Assembly: GCA_039545335.1 (NCBI GenBank)
Contig: BCIN01000001.1
Coordinates: 1,162,604-1,226,603, forward strand
Direction: 5' to 3'
Source of the DNA: Kondoa subrosea
Lineage: Eukaryota
Length of the DNA: 64,000 bases
The notes under the pieces are model-generated. The model was not told the origin of the DNA. It searched no databases and saw only the letters and a list, made by a program, of their open reading frames with translations. The position numbers and the translations under genes were made by a program. Shown in pieces: positions 22,696 through 37,100 of the stretch (positions are counted from its first letter, which is position 1; each line of letters starts with the position of its first letter).

Positions 22696-25600
22696 ATGAG
22701 TGGGACCGAAGGCCAGCTGAAGGCAGATGATGATAATAACACCGGTCAAGAGCAGCAGCAAGAATCGTCGTCGCCTGTCCTGTCAAGGCGCGATTTGAGT
22801 CGGACAGCTTCCGATTCAAGCACAGCTACAGCAACAGGTCTTTCTACAATAGGAAAGGGAAGGCCAAGTCATCCACAAGCCGAAGCATCTTTGGCTTCAG
22901 TTCGAACTGCTAGCTCTTCCCAAGCTTCTACTCCAGCTCGTCTTGATCCTCAGACTGGTGGAACACCAACCACTGTCAAACCAAGCGCTACTTTACCATT
23001 CTTACCCATTTCAAATCAGAAAGGTCCCGTGTCAGCTCTCAAACCACCTCCTGTCCTTGGTCAAAGATCCTTATCGTCTGCTTCAAGACCTGGAATGTCA
23101 CGTCCGCTCTCTACAGTCAGATCATCAGCTGGGAACAAGGGCAAAGCAAGACGAAGATTAGCTAGTTCCACTTCAGCTTCAGATGAGGAGTTTGATGTAC
23201 TTTCTGAAGGTGGCTTCAGTTCAAGAGCTGCTGGTGATGCTGGTGATGGCCCGAATGTATCAAGAAGAAGAACAGTCGAACCAGATTCGGGAGATGATGA
23301 GGTTGTAGCTGTAGATCGAGGTGAAGCTCTGATCAAGAAACGGATGAAAGAGCGTCAAAAGCAGAAGAAAGTAAGTCTTGACGCGCATAACGATGTATGC
23401 AAGTCCCGATGTTATCATCACAGGAAGCGGAAAGAAGAGCGAAACAGAAAGCTCAGCAATCAATGAGAACACCTTCAATGTCTCGAACCGCTTCAGCAAC
23501 TCGTGAAACTTTCCCCCGACCTTCAATGTCTACTCATCCTTCTCATCGCGATTCCTCCATGACTAGCGCACCAGAAGTAACCGATATGGAAGCTTCCGAA
23601 GCGGATGAAGATGGTTATTCTACAAGCGCTCCTATGTCCGCTCGACCTGTCATGTCGCCTCGTACCATTACAAATGATAGTATGGCAAGCACTCCTAGAA
23701 GTCCAATCGCTTTCAGTCTGGAAACGACTGGAGAACACGCTCGACCTTTAGTTGGCAGTTCTTCTTCCGCTGGTCGAAGAGTCAGCTATGCTCCTTCTGC
23801 TACTGGATCGATCGATGGAGGAGAAGCAACGACACCTACTGCGGATGTTTTCAACAACAATCATCCCAGCAACAGCGCAGAGTCAACCAGAATACCCGCA
23901 GTTGAAGAATCCAATCTGGGCGATGTAGAAGAGGAGCAAGAAGGGGAAGAAGAAGCAGAGGAAGAATCAATGCAAGATCGAGGAGAATCCGATTCGGATG
24001 ATTCACCTGCTGAAATTGGCGACGATGATGTTGAATATACTTTAAAAGATCGACAAGATGCTATCAATATCGAACATCCTTTTGGTTTACCTATTTGGAA
24101 ACCCGCTCTGTACAAGAAATCAAGAACCGTTACCAGGAATGCGGAAAACGAATTGCACCTCGCTCCTTCTTATTCAGCTGAAAGACATCTCTTACCAGGC
24201 AATATTCTTTGGACTTTACTCTTTGGTTCTTGGTTATGCGTTGTGTGTTACATTATTAGCGCAATCTTATGGGTAATACCTTGGGGTGGATCAAAATACG
24301 GAAGAGTCATCTTCGAATTAGGAGGTTACCTCTTCTGGCCTTTCGGTCGTTACGTAGAAGGACCAGATGATTCACCTTTGAGCAAAGGACAAGAGAAAGC
24401 TGAATCAGTGCATCATGGCTACGATGACACGGATGAGGAAACGGAAGTTGGTGATGTGGAACGGAGTGGTTCAAGATCAGCTAGCAATGGAAGTGGCAAG
24501 GCTACTCTTCGCGCTCATCAATCTCCTGCTGCTGCTGAAAGAAAACCTTTGGTATCTCGATCGTCTGACGGACCTACAACTCGTGATTATGGCGCTACAG
24601 CTCCCGCTTCAAGATCTGGTTCAGAAACCGCAGTTGCTGAAGATTCACCAAATGGACACAAGTTCATTGATCTAGACGAACATCCAGCTAATATATACAA
24701 TCAAGACGACTCTTTCCGCATTCGTGCATTGGGTCGGATCTGCTATTGGATCGTCTTCTATCTTATCGTCGCACCTTTGATGCTATTGGTGTGCACGATT
24801 TGCTGGGGATTGGTCTTCACTATTCCAATGGCGAAATTGCTCTGGGTTCTGCTCTGTCATCTCGCTGTCGAACCTTTGGCTCTCCACTTCCGCTCAGCTC
24901 CCCGATTCCATATTTCACCTGACGCGTCTGCTGAAGAAGCTGGTATACCTGCGCCTCCTCTAAAACCTGGTCAATTGGCTCCTCGCCATTCTCACAAGGT
25001 CTATGCTGCAGATATCGATGCCGGTCGATTGGTGGCACCTCGAAATAAAGTCCTGCTCTGCACTTACAAAGCTCTTGGTCTGCAATACTACAAATATACG
25101 GTAGATGGAGTCAACATCATGTTCATTAACCTTTTACCCCTAATTCTGTTCGTCATCTTCGACAATTTTGTCCTTCGACATATTGCTCAAAGGCATCCTA
25201 ACAATATCTTTCTTGCATTCCTTGCCGGTCAAGTCACGATCTTCGTCTTGGCTTTGCTGAGTGTCATCCCTCTTTCGTACTTCATCGGAATGGCCGTCGC
25301 TTCCATCAGTGCTCAATCTTCAATCGGAATGGGAGCAGTCATCAATGCCACATTTGGTTCAATCATTGAAATCATCCTTTACAGCATCGCTTTGGTCGAA
25401 GGCAAGTCGGAACTAGCTGAAGGATCTATTGTTGGCAGTTTGTTGGCCGGCGTGTTGCTCATGCCTGGACTCAGTATGGTCAGCGGTGCCGTCAGAAGAA
25501 AGGAGCAACGTTTCAATGCCCGAAGCGCTGGCGTAACGAGCACTATGTTGATTATGGCTATTATCGGCACACTCACCCCGACGCTCTTTTACGAAATATA

Positions 25601-27341
25601 CGGAACTGTGAGTTTTCAGACTGATGGTTAGATTAGAGCTGATCATCAATTTTAGTTCCAATTATCGTGCGACGGCTGCCCTGTTGGTGGAATTGCAGGA
25701 GAAGCTTGGCGATGCAGTCGCTGCGTCTATGAACACGTCGACCCGGTTGACGATCCTTTCTATCAAAACACCGTGAGATGGTTGAGCTACTTCTGTGCTT
25801 TCATCTTGGTTTTGGTCAGTCGGGTCGTGCATAGCTGTGCCTGACAAACTAATTGACCTCTGTAGTCCTACTTGATCGGTCTATGGTTCTCTTTGCGAAC
25901 ACACGCATCCCAAATTTGGCAAAATTCACAAGCTTCAGCCCCAAGCGTGCCGGCTACAGCCACGACTATGGCACCTTTGACGTCTATCCTTGAACATTCG
26001 GCCAATACCAATCGTCATTCTCGTTTGGCACCCAATGATTTGGCCAATAAGCTGTTACCTCAAGCAAACAGGGTATCGTATCCTTCCGAAAGCTCTGCTG
26101 GTCGGACTAGCGGAGGTTCTCGCGAGCGACCCTTCAGCTCGATGTCAGTGGCCAGCACACCTCAAGCTACACCAGGATTCGGTTCCCTGCAACACCAACA
26201 ACAACAGAAAGCTTCAGAACAAAGAGCCGCCTCGCGTCAATTGCATCTCCCTCCTGGACTTACAGCGGAAGAGTTCCATCGCGCCGTCGAAGTCGTAGCA
26301 GCCACTGCATCTGCTTTGCGACCTGAATCACGACATCCGACTGCTTTTGAGCATCCAGGCGGACCTTTGAAAAGACAAGTTTCGCACGTCTCGCACGCGC
26401 GCGATCTTTCAAAAGGAGTAACGGAGGCTGCTCACGGCGATGGAGAAGCGCATGGTGGCCATGACGCACCTAATTGGAGTCGACTCAAGAGTTACAGCGT
26501 GTTGATGGGTTGCACGGTTCTATATGCTATTATCGCTGGTTAGTCATTTCTTTTTTAACGAATGATATCTGATGTATTGCAATAGAGATTCTTGTTGATG
26601 TCGTCGACGTCGTCCTGGACGGTTCTGGTATACCGGAGAAATTCCTTGGCATCTCGCTCTTTGCTTTGGTACCGAACATAACTGAATTCATGAATGCCAT
26701 CTCTTTTGCCATGAACGGCAACATCGCTCTGAGGTGATTTACTCGTGTGTATAGCCTTTGCACAGAACTGAGCTGCTTATCTATTTAGTATGGAAATCGG
26801 TTCAGCTTACGCTCTGCAAGTGTGCCTGTTGCAGATCCCTGCTATGGTCGCTTTCACCTACTTCTATAGCAAGGGAAAAGACAGCATGATACACCACGCT
26901 TTCACCTTGGTGTTTCCTCGGTGGGAGTAAGCTGTTTTTGAATAAAGGCATTGATAGATGCTGATTACTCGCTATCAGCGTAATCGCCATCTTGTTCTCA
27001 GTTTTCCTGTTGACGTATGTCTATTTGGAAGCAAGAGCAAATTATTACAGAGGCAGTATCCTCGTGCTCAGGTGAGCACAGTCGTCATTATTTAGCAGTT
27101 AGTTGATTCCCGTGAACACAGTTATTTGGTTCTCATATCCGGATTTTACTACGCCCCAAATGGAGCAGACACTGAAGTCAGCTTTCGTCCACTATGTTGC
27201 TGAGCCTTGCTAATATTGTTTCAGGACGACCCTCTTCTACTCCTGTCTACAACAATATATCCTCTTTCTTCTAGTCTTCGTCAACCGACATTGACTCTCG
27301 TCCAGCAAATACAAGCATTCCTCTACTCTCTTTGGTCGTAA
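22696..27341 (+). CDS. VNX1: Vnx1-type (CAX type II) cation/H+ antiporter
   Basis: TLKDRQDAINIEHPFGLPIWKPALYKKSR, YccF-like GNILW..YLFWPFGRYV, YYKYTVDGVNI, alpha-1 GAVINATFGSIIE, alpha-2 LVPNITEFMNAISFA..MEIGSAYALQV. Confidence 0.93.
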
Positions 27342-27816
27342 AGACACACCTTCTGATCTGTCGCTATTCACCCTCAAGCTACCCCTATTTTACAAGCATT
27401 GTTATTATCTAGAGTCGGGCATCAGTATTCAAAGACATTCAGACTATGGGCAATATATCGTATACACTTTAGAGATACCGCTCCTCCTTTTTAATGATGC
27501 ATTTCCAATTCTTGCTTACCAGTCTCGTCATCGTGCTGTGGTCATTTGCCTTTTCTATTCTCAATCAGTTTGTGGTCAAGTGTCAAGGTCAAGCAGTACG
27601 GTGCGATGTGTGCAAATCAAGAACTATGACATTATCAAGAAAGATATACCCCAAAAAATTGCCCGCTATAGTTTACAAATCACAAGAAACCTATGAAGTA
27701 TATGTGGAAACCTAAACAAAACAACCAATAATGCAAATAAAAACAATAAATTCAAGTGTTGAAGAACTCCATATATGATGTATTTGAAGAGTGCGTGTAT
27801 ATTTTTCTGGCTTGCT

Positions 27817-30043
27817 TTAGCAATAAGAAGGTGTTGATCTTAGAGCTTCAGCATAGCAAGGAGGCGGTAAGATCCAAGGTTCTCCTTCACCAGGACCTTG
27901 AGTTGCACAGCGAGAAGTGCAATCTTCACCTTCCCTTGTTGAACCTCTTTCTTCGCCTGCGTATTCTTGCGCTGCTTGTTGAGGTGGGCGAGGTCGAGGA
28001 GCTTGGAACCGAGCCAAGGTTGGTTCAGCTACTGAGCCGATCGTAACTGGTACCAAGAGTTCTCGTAATTTCCCAGGGAAAGCAGGTAATTTGGTAGAAG
28101 CGGGATTATTGGAGCGTCGAGCAGCCCAAGGTGAAGGACCTTGACAAGGTAAGAATTTTCCGGACGTTTGACTTGACAAAGAATGAGCATCCGAAGGGAA
28201 GAAACCGATTTCGACAGCAATAAAGAATCGAGAGGAAGCGTGGTAGTATTTGTCCCAAGATTTACTGTTGCTCGATTGGATGGTTTCGAATACTGTAGGA
28301 GAGAACCAAGAACTTTCGCCATGTCTTAAACTTGGTTTACCGGTACCAGGTTCCAGATCGAGCCAAGTAGAATAACCAATAGGTTGAGAGGAAGATTGGG
28401 AAGAGAAAGCTTGAGCCAAATCGATGGAAAGATCATCAATAATGGTACTTGACGTTGAACTGGAGGTAGAAGAAGCGGGTAAAGAAACCAGACCCCATTG
28501 TTGACTGATTTCCCGTTCTTCCTTTTCCCATCTTTCCCAAAGAACTTCTTCAGGGAAACAACCAGATAAACCCATACCCCAATCATTCTCTTTCTCTATT
28601 GGTATCGATGATTCGCGAACATAAAGCCGACGAAGCAGAGTAAGGCGAACAAAGATTTGTTGCCTTAGACCAGCCAAAGCTTGAGATTGATTGACAGGCG
28701 ATCGAACAGTGAGAGAGACTGGAATAGAACCAGAAGGAGAGAAAGAAGAAGTAGGTAAATTGGTCTTGATGTGCCAATCTTGTTCTACTTTGACTTCTGG
28801 TTTTTCTGGTGAAGGTGGCGAAGAACCGAAGAACGACGAAGCGCCCGTGTACTTCGCTACGGAGCTGATGAGGGATGTTGCAGATGGTAAGAGACCCGAT
28901 GGAGGTGAATGGATCAGCTCAGGTAGACAAGGTGGTAAAGAAGGCAGAGTCGCTGGAAGAATGACGAATGGCATGTGACACATTCTGAGCACTTTGGGTT
29001 TTGTTCCTTCTAAGAGAGTAGCTGAAGTGCAGCCAAATAGTGCCAAAGTCATTGTATACCGTAAACGAAAATGTTCGGATTCGAAAGACGGGGGTCTGCG
29101 TGCACAAAATCAGCAAACTGTGAGAAACCAGGAATCATCGAGACGACTCACAATTGATCCGAAGCAGGAATCTTCATACTCAGAGGAAGCACATAGCTAC
29201 CAACTGGTAAATAATCCTTTCGATGAGCCCTTTTCCTCTTTCGCGTTGGTTCCGTTTCTTCTTGTTCTTTGCGAACAGTAACCATATTTGCGTCCTTTTG
29301 CCAGATCTTGATCCCATCAGTCAAATTGGTACAGAAATCAGCAATGAGTCTACTGCTTTTGACTACCTTCTCTTGAGATTTCGCTGATCGGGAAGGAGCT
29401 CCAAGTACTTCAACTACTCCAGTGACGGAAAGCATCATTCCACATAACCTATTCTCTTCTGTTGAGTCGTCTACCGATTCAACAGTAGAAGGGATAGAAG
29501 AAGAAGGAAGCAGGTCTGAAGCGATTCGGAGTGGTGAACCAGACAATAACAGCTTGGGAGCGAATGCTACCCGTTGACAAGGAAAGAAAGCAGGAGGAGC
29601 CATATCTTCTTTAGCTGGAGGAGGAGGTGTAGCGCCAGATCCGACAGCATGACCAGAAAGGATGAGTTCCAAGCCGAGTTTAGGTTGACCAGGTTGTCTG
29701 ATAGCCTTCTCTGTTGTAGCTGTGCGACCACGCTTGTAAGGTTGAGGTGAAGCAGGCGGTGTAGGTAAAGGAGTAGACATTGCGGAACTCAGTGCATCGC
29801 TTTCTTCATCGCTTGAGCACTGAGATCCAGAGCTTGACGATCCTGATGTAGAAGGTATAGGAGAAGAAGGTTTGAAGATGCTAGCTGGTCTTGTATCGTG
29901 TACTGAGCCACCTTGCTTGCCATGAGCAGATGAAGCAGTGGTGGTTTGCTCCTGAGCAAGGAATGTAAGGAGTTGCGTCCCACTGGGAGAGGGATCATCA
30001 AACTCACAGGTAGCCTAGCAGGATATGACATTGTGCGCGACAT
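27817..30043 (-). CDS. Arrestin-like protein with C-terminal PPxY motif
   Basis: Spliced GSYVLPLSMKIPASDQLPPSFESEHFRLRYTMTLALF resembles the end of an arrestin-N domain; 'FSPSGSIPVSLTV', 'VPVTIGSV', C-terminal LPPPCY; 2 introns. Confidence 0.6.
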
Positions 30044-31549
30044 GTATGTAAGACAGTGCTGCACGAGTGTTGGAAACGTAAAAGAGAGTGAGGTGTCGAA
30101 AATGAAAGTGGATTGGTTCGCAAAGAAGAGCAGGTCGTCCTTGTTCTCGGCAGACTGTGGCTTCCTATATTGGATATCAACAAGCGTGTACTGCTTCTTC
30201 GTTTGTCTACGTGAGTTGATAGACACTCAGAATTCTTGAGAAGACGCCGGGGTAAGAATGACTTGAAAGAATCGAAGGCGTGTACAACTCAATGAGAGTT
30301 TGTCGGATGATCGTGGAGCGTGAAGAAGGATCGTTAGAAGGGTTGGAAGCCTGAGAGACTGTTATGGTTGTGGCCACAGCGCCCGAGTCACTGTCTCTGA
30401 AAGAGAAAAGCGGGTAACGACGCTGAAACGACAATAGGGCGTCTCCGATCAGGTGTCCAAGTTTGACTGATGTGATCTCCTATTCCCAATTCCACAAGCA
30501 ACATCCGCCTGCCACATTATCAGTCCCTCTTTCGTGATTCCCATTCCAAATCAAAAGACTATCAAATTACGCGACGTTGCCTGGATCGCGCAAATTCCCT
30601 TTTGTGTATGGTTGTTTGTCCCTAGATCCGCTCAGACAACTCGCTTTATCCCCACGCTTTATCCGAAAAGTCAGAAACTGCGCTTCAGTGCGCTCAATAA
30701 GGCATTTTCACAAAAGACATTAGATTTCTGAAAATGGCCTTTGGTCCGGTTATATGTCTCTCTCTAGTAGCTAACTTCATATGCCCTGTTGTACGCTCGA
30801 GCATTGCAATCATGTGGTCCATTATTCGGTTCAACCAATCGTCAGGCCCAACGGCTCAAACGGAAACCGATTTTGCCTATTGTTTCGCTGCCTTCTAGCC
30901 CACTGTGAACAGAGACCTCTTCATAGCCCAGTTTATTACGCTTTCTGTTTGTCACAGCGAATTCATTATTCCCTTTTTATTTATACATCAATATCGAGAT
31001 CGATATGCTATGTATTCGTCCGCCTTCAGCAATGATTTGTTTAACTACCTTTTGCACTGGCTTGCAAGTCTCTTCCTTGTCTGATATCGATCTCCCTTCA
31101 AGTCACTCTTGGACTGCTTCTCTCGTTTGGCACACTTTTTGGTTATAAAGGTTCGATTGCGTGGGTTTCCTTTCCTTCTCGTATGTCTGGGAGAGCTTTG
31201 TGTTTCCTTTTCAGCGAGTGTCTGAGTGGCTGCAAGGGCTTCTTGATGAATGCTGAAGACCGTAGTAATATTACGTAATCAGGGGTATACATGCTTGATA
31301 TCGATCTTACTGTACTACGATGCTTCAGATACTCTGTCAACGTTCTGCTGCTGCTGCGACGAGAGCAGCCTCGCGGCCACCTTCGATTCGGAACGACGCG
31401 TCGATTTCTCTTGACACGCGTTTTCCAAAAGTGACGTCGCTCAGATTTTCCCTTCCTTTTGACCACCAACGGAGTCTACCTTGCCAATTTCACGAACTAA
31501 AGCACAGCTCAGTTATTTCTCACAAAGACACACTCTCAGCCCTCTCGCT

Positions 31550-32642
31550 ATGTCAGACTCAGTTCAGAAAACTTCAAATACCGCAGCGGACGCTGCTCAA
31601 AGTGGAGCAGATGCACCAGCAACAGAGAAACAGAAAGCTTACGTTGAAGTTTTGGCTAAGAAAGCTGGTGTAGAAGTGGACGAGGATATGAATCGAGGAG
31701 AAGCTTCTGATCAAATCAACGCGTTGAAGAATGGCAAAGTTCCTGCTAAGAGGTCTGCGGAGGACAAGAAGGAGGATACTGATGAGGATGAGAAAAAGGA
31801 AGACAAGGATGAAGAGACTGAGGAGCCAAAGAGCAAGAAAGCTAAAGTCGGTGCCCCCTCAAGCGACAAGAAAGTTACTGCAAAGACTAATGGTGAAGCT
31901 GGAGATGAGGTGCGTCGCAGCTCAAAGATTGTCACCGGTATGCTAAGTATATGTACAGGCCAAGTATCAAAACACTGAAGAAGACAATAAGAAAGCTGGA
32001 GGCGATGTAGAGGCTACTCACAAACAGGCAGCTTTCAGTATGTTTCTCATAGCTCCATCGTATGCTATCTAATGGTAATCTCCATAGTCGACACCCTTCG
32101 CGATCAAGCCGGCGAGGAGAGTGAGAAACCTGCTGCGGAGGAAAACATGACGCGAAACGAAGCAAGTGCAGAGATCGAGCGATTGAAACGTGAATCTATC
32201 ACTCTCCATTGTCTTTCTGTGCTGACTGACGGTGTCTAATCCTTCTAGCCAAAGCGGATGAGAAACAGCCATCTGCCTTAGAAGCTGATAAGACGCCTGC
32301 TCCAGATTCTCGTTCGTTCTCTTTTCTTTTACTACATAGACTTGTTTGATGATCTTGTGCAGATCTTGCTCATCCTGAGAACTGGGCCACTGGCGGCGAA
32401 GCTGCAACCAGTCAGTCATTTCAATGTTTTACTAATGCTACGGTCGCTGACTCCGGGTCCTACAGCCAAACAGAAGAACTACATTGCTGTCCTAGAGAAG
32501 CAAACTGGTGAACATGTGGATGTAAGTTCATCCTTCCCGCTCCTTTGTCATGATTTTCAGCTCAAGGCGATACAAGGCCGGAGCTGGTCTCAGCAAATCT
32601 GAAGCTTCTGAAAAGATTGAAGAGCTCAAGCACAGCAAGTAA
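31550..32642 (+). CDS. Protein with three DUF3072-like repeats
   Basis: PATEKQKAYVEVLAKKAG..MNRGEASDQINALK; EATHKQAAFIDTLRDQAGE..MTRNEASAEIERLK; NWATGGEAATTKQKNYIAVLEKQTGE..LSKSEASEKIEELK; 6 introns. Confidence 0.8.
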
Positions 32643-32777
32643 AAGCTTGAGATCAAGGGGAAAAGCTGCACAAAAAGACTCTGGGTAGTCTGTTGGCGAG
32701 CAAAAAGCGGTATCATGGTAAAATGTAAAATAGTCTTTGAGAATGGGTCCATGCAGTACAATTGGAGGGTCCGACTT

Positions 32778-33709
32778 CTAGGTTCTTGTACTCGCACTTG
32801 ACGAGCTTTGCATCGCTACAGGCTTAGGATAGAAGATCTTTGGATCGATGCGAGTTTGAATAAGAACAATGTCCTGTAAGAAACTGAATTGTGCGCACAA
32901 ATAGCGAAGGAATTTGACGTACCGCATCACCTGTCCAATTGTAGCCTTCATTCCCCGCATGCTTGACACCGTCAGACAGGTTGAAACCGAAGCAAGCATT
33001 CAACAATCGCTCGTGAGCTATACCTTCTTCACGTTGAGCTGGATGTGCATGATTTGCATATACTGCGACTGATTCTGAACACCGGAGCTGGTCAGATGAT
33101 TTGTTATCGAATAGAATGATATAGCTTACGATTATGGCTGAAAACGATTGAATGCCAGAAACTGGTATGATCCACATGCTCAATCATTACATAATGAAAG
33201 ACGTCCATCTTTCTCGTAGGCTTGTTTGGATGACACAAATGCATAATAGTTTTGATGAAGAGAAAATCGCCGGCTTGCGAAACGGGATTGGTGGTTAGAT
33301 CAGTTTGCTGCTCCAGAACAGGACAAGCAGTGCTTCGAGTGAAAGAATAAGTGAATTGACGGAGTTTTTCCCCAAAGACTATTCTTTTTCCAAACTTGAG
33401 TCCTAGGGGAAATAGTAGGATAAACCAAACACTCTTCAGAAGCGTTGTACATCAGAGCCAGTTTTCAAGAGCTCTAAGTTCCAAGAATTGTTTCAAGGCT
33501 CTGTAGAGTAATTGAGCAAGCATAGCCACGCAATTGAGATCGCAGTCGGCTGGTAAAGGATCGTGCTTTATAACAAAAGAGTGACGGTCAGCATGAGCAA
33601 GACCGCTGGGATGATTCTTGTCGGTCTCGTTAGGTCCTGCTACATGCTTGAAAATACCGACGGGCATTGATCTAGCGAGGTTGAGAAGCTTAGAATGGTT
33701 GTAGGACAT
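32778..33709 (-). pseudogene. Hypothetical spliced gene with one in-frame TGA at 33452-33454
   Basis: The same frame is open for 85 codons before and ~107 codons after the TGA; two clean GT-AG introns then preserve frame to the stop at 32778. Confidence 0.5.
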
Positions 33710-34153
33710 CTTCCGGATGAAGACAAGAAAGAAAGTCAAGAAATATGGCAAGAGAAATGTAGAGGCGACCGACAAGGATAGAGCGATAAGAGAGAGAACA
33801 GGAAGCAAACCGATTCTTCGAAGCACAAAGGGTGCAATTTACAGGCGAAAGTCAACGAGAAGCTGCAAAGTTGCGATTGTAGCTGCGGCATGTGAGCCAC
33901 ATGTACAAGAGGAAGATCAAAGAGCATAGGACTAAATAGGATTCAATACTGTTCCAGGACAAGGGCTTCCAATTCTTGATCTTCAGCGACCGCCCTCGTA
34001 TACCCTCTTCCGCCTTGTAATACGCGTTCACGACGAGCTGCTTTGGCTGGACCAACAGCTGATAACGATCCTATACGAAATTGCCTTTTAGCGCACGCAC
34101 CTTTATCAAGTTTCTCAACTCGTGTTGTTTGCACCTAAGAATTCTTGTTTGGA

Positions 34154-37100
34154 ATGATGGATGAGTACGGAACGACAACCACTGCACCTCAGGTGATAAG
34201 GTATCAAGGGCAAGCCGAGCTAGGTCGAGGGTCACCGCAAGCGTTGAACGGTCTTCGGATTGACATGCAGCAGCAGCAAGCCCAAGCCGTGTCTCATTCT
34301 TCTGTCATGGAGGAAGACTCACCTCAAGAGTCTCCTGATGAAGAAGACCAGTTCTCCGACGATTTGTCTTCTTCACCTTCCGTCCCGAGCGAAGACATTG
34401 ATTTTGACCAAGTTTACGCTTTGCACACTTTCTTAGCTACTGTTGAAGGTCAAGCATCTGTGTCAAAGGGAGATAACCTGACTCTGTTGGATGATTCCAA
34501 CTCGTATTGGTGGCTTGTGAGAGTACTCAAGACTCAAGCTGTTGGTTATATACCAGCAGAGAACATTGAAACTCCCTATGAACGATTGGCTAGATTGAAC
34601 AAGCATAGGAATGTGGACGTACGTACCACTATCTTGCTCACTGACATCGTTTGCTCAAAACGTTTGATTTCACAGCTCGCTGGAATCACATCAGAAGATC
34701 ATTTGACTGGTCCTACTTCAACAACAGCCGTAGCTCGGATCACACCTCCAGTCCATGTACATAAATCCAAAGCTCACTTACCACCCAAGATCAGACCTGC
34801 AGCTCCTCCAGGTGGTCGATCAGTTGCTTTCACTGCACCTACTTATTACGAGCATTCCGGATTCGAATACACTACTGAAGAGGAAGAAGAGTTCTCTAAT
34901 GCTGGTTCAGGTGAATTTGAAGATGGTGGCTTTGAAGATGAAGAGGAAGAAGAAGCCGAACGGAGAGAAGGCGAAGAAGGTGTTTCCAATCAAGAGCAGA
35001 GACAGCTTCTGAGCAACGAAGATGGTAACGATCCTACCATTACGCCTCAATCGGTCAGAAGAGGTGAACATCATGATGAGGAAATGGATGCTGAAGATGA
35101 AGATGAGCGAGATGGAGCTGATTGGGAGAATGAGCAAAGAAGAAGAGCTAGAGCTCAAGCTCACGGTCAAGCTATGCGAGCTCAGGCAATCGCGTCTCAG
35201 CAAAGAGCTGCATTAGCTGTAGCTCAAACAGCCGAAATCGTCGATGGAGATGAATCGTTAAGAGGCTTCCAACAACAACACCAGCAAGCTACTCTTTCTT
35301 CTTCAACTTCTCTCGACTCTAGATCTCAACAAATGCAACCTCAAACTTCAAACGAGAGCGCTCGTAGACCTTCTTTATCTGATCAAACCAATACCTTCGA
35401 CGTCGGTTCAGAAACCCGCAAAATCTCACTCACTCCTCGTATTGCTCTGGACGAGTCTGCCGAAAATAAGCAACCTGATCAGCGCGGCAATCGAAACCGT
35501 TCACCTTCCGTTTCTTCCGAGAATGCGCAAACTGTTACAATTCGCCGATCTCGGGAAGAAGAACGCATTGAAGGCTCACCACAGGACGAAAGTCCTCGTT
35601 CACCTGGATCACCAGCAAAGAAGTTGCGTAAGACCAGTGCGGGCAGTATCAGCAGTCAGGAAACGGATGATGGTGGTAACAAGAAGAAGAAATCAGGTGG
35701 CATGTTCAGCGGTTTGTTCAAGAAGAAGGACAAGAAAGATTCAAACAACGGAACTCGTTCATCGGAAGAAACTCAGCGTGCTGCTTCACCAGTCGATTCT
35801 AAATCAAGGTCAAGACAAGGGGCTACCTCACCTATAGTGCGATCTGGAACACCTATTGCTGAACCTCAGAAACGGAATCCGACGCAACAGCAAATTCAAC
35901 AAGAACAGCGGGAAACTAGTGATGCTTATCTGGCTGATCAAACACTCAAACAACAGCAGATCGAAGCCAAGCAAGCTATGTATAATCAATTTGGTATCAG
36001 CCGCTCACCTGGAGATTCGAGCAATACTTTCACTGGCCGATCTGCAAGCAACGGATCTTCCAATGGAGCTACTCTCTCACCTACCATGGCCAACACGCCA
36101 GCCCGTCCAGCTCGACCTGGCAGTTTGATTGGTTCACCGGGAATGGCTGTATTGGATGTTCCTGATCTCAGCGTCTTGCGAGTATTTGCTGGTGATCGAG
36201 TTCAAGCAGAAGCTACTTTCAAGACTGTTCTACTGAGTGAAGCCACTACCACGACCGAATTGCTCCGACAAGCTTTACAGCGCTTCAGATTGCCTCTTGA
36301 TCAAGTACAAGATTATTACCTTTCAGTACGCGAGCAAGATGGAGAAGAACGCCTACTTGGCAATGAGCAGAAGCCTTTAGGCATCATCGAAGAGCTTAGC
36401 GATGCTTCAGCTGAGCCTCAAAGTCTTCCTTCTGTTAAACGCTCGTCTGTTTCTTCAATCACTTCCGTCTCCTCAAATCTTTCTATGCACCCTGCTATTG
36501 CTAAATTAGGTATGGGTGACTTCAGTGACGATCACCTTGTCAAAATCTACATCAATCGCAAGAATGGACTTTTGAACAATCAGCGAGAATCGAAAGATAT
36601 CGATGATTCGGTTTCCGTCAATTCATCTCACGGCACACTCACGCCCGGTGAAGGTGTCAGCACTCCAAGAGATAGTATTGTCCTTTCTTCCCCGTCTATG
36701 CGATTCGCTATCAAGGTTGTCATTCATCCTCATGATTTACCTGATGGCATGATTTTCGATCCTCAAAGTCAAGCTATCGTCCCCAAAAGTCATGTCAATG
36801 AACGGCTGGGCAGCTCAAGCAATCTCAACGCGACTCAAGGCGTTTCGCAAATCGTTAGGGAGAAAGTCTTGTTCTTCCCCGCTAATGCGAATATCTCTCA
36901 AGTCATCGAAACGAGTTTGGATCACTTTGGTGTGGTTGGTGGTGTGGTCGATGGAGGTGATCAAGTAGAAGATAAGCTTTCCAAAAGAAGATCCATATCT
37001 AGGATCAGATATCGCTTGGCCGCAGTTGACCAGTCAGGCAACGGTCAGTTTTTGCGAGATCAGATCATCTTGAGTCAACTAATGGATGTGTGAATAGAAA

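Noticed and set aside
30050..31500. Long intergenic region with short ORFs, a CGCTTTATCC direct repeat and an ATTTTCA/TGAAAAT inverted repeat
   Set aside because: The repeats are short enough to be chance; no spliceable gene or RNA-gene signature was found. Most simply a divergent promoter/UTR region.
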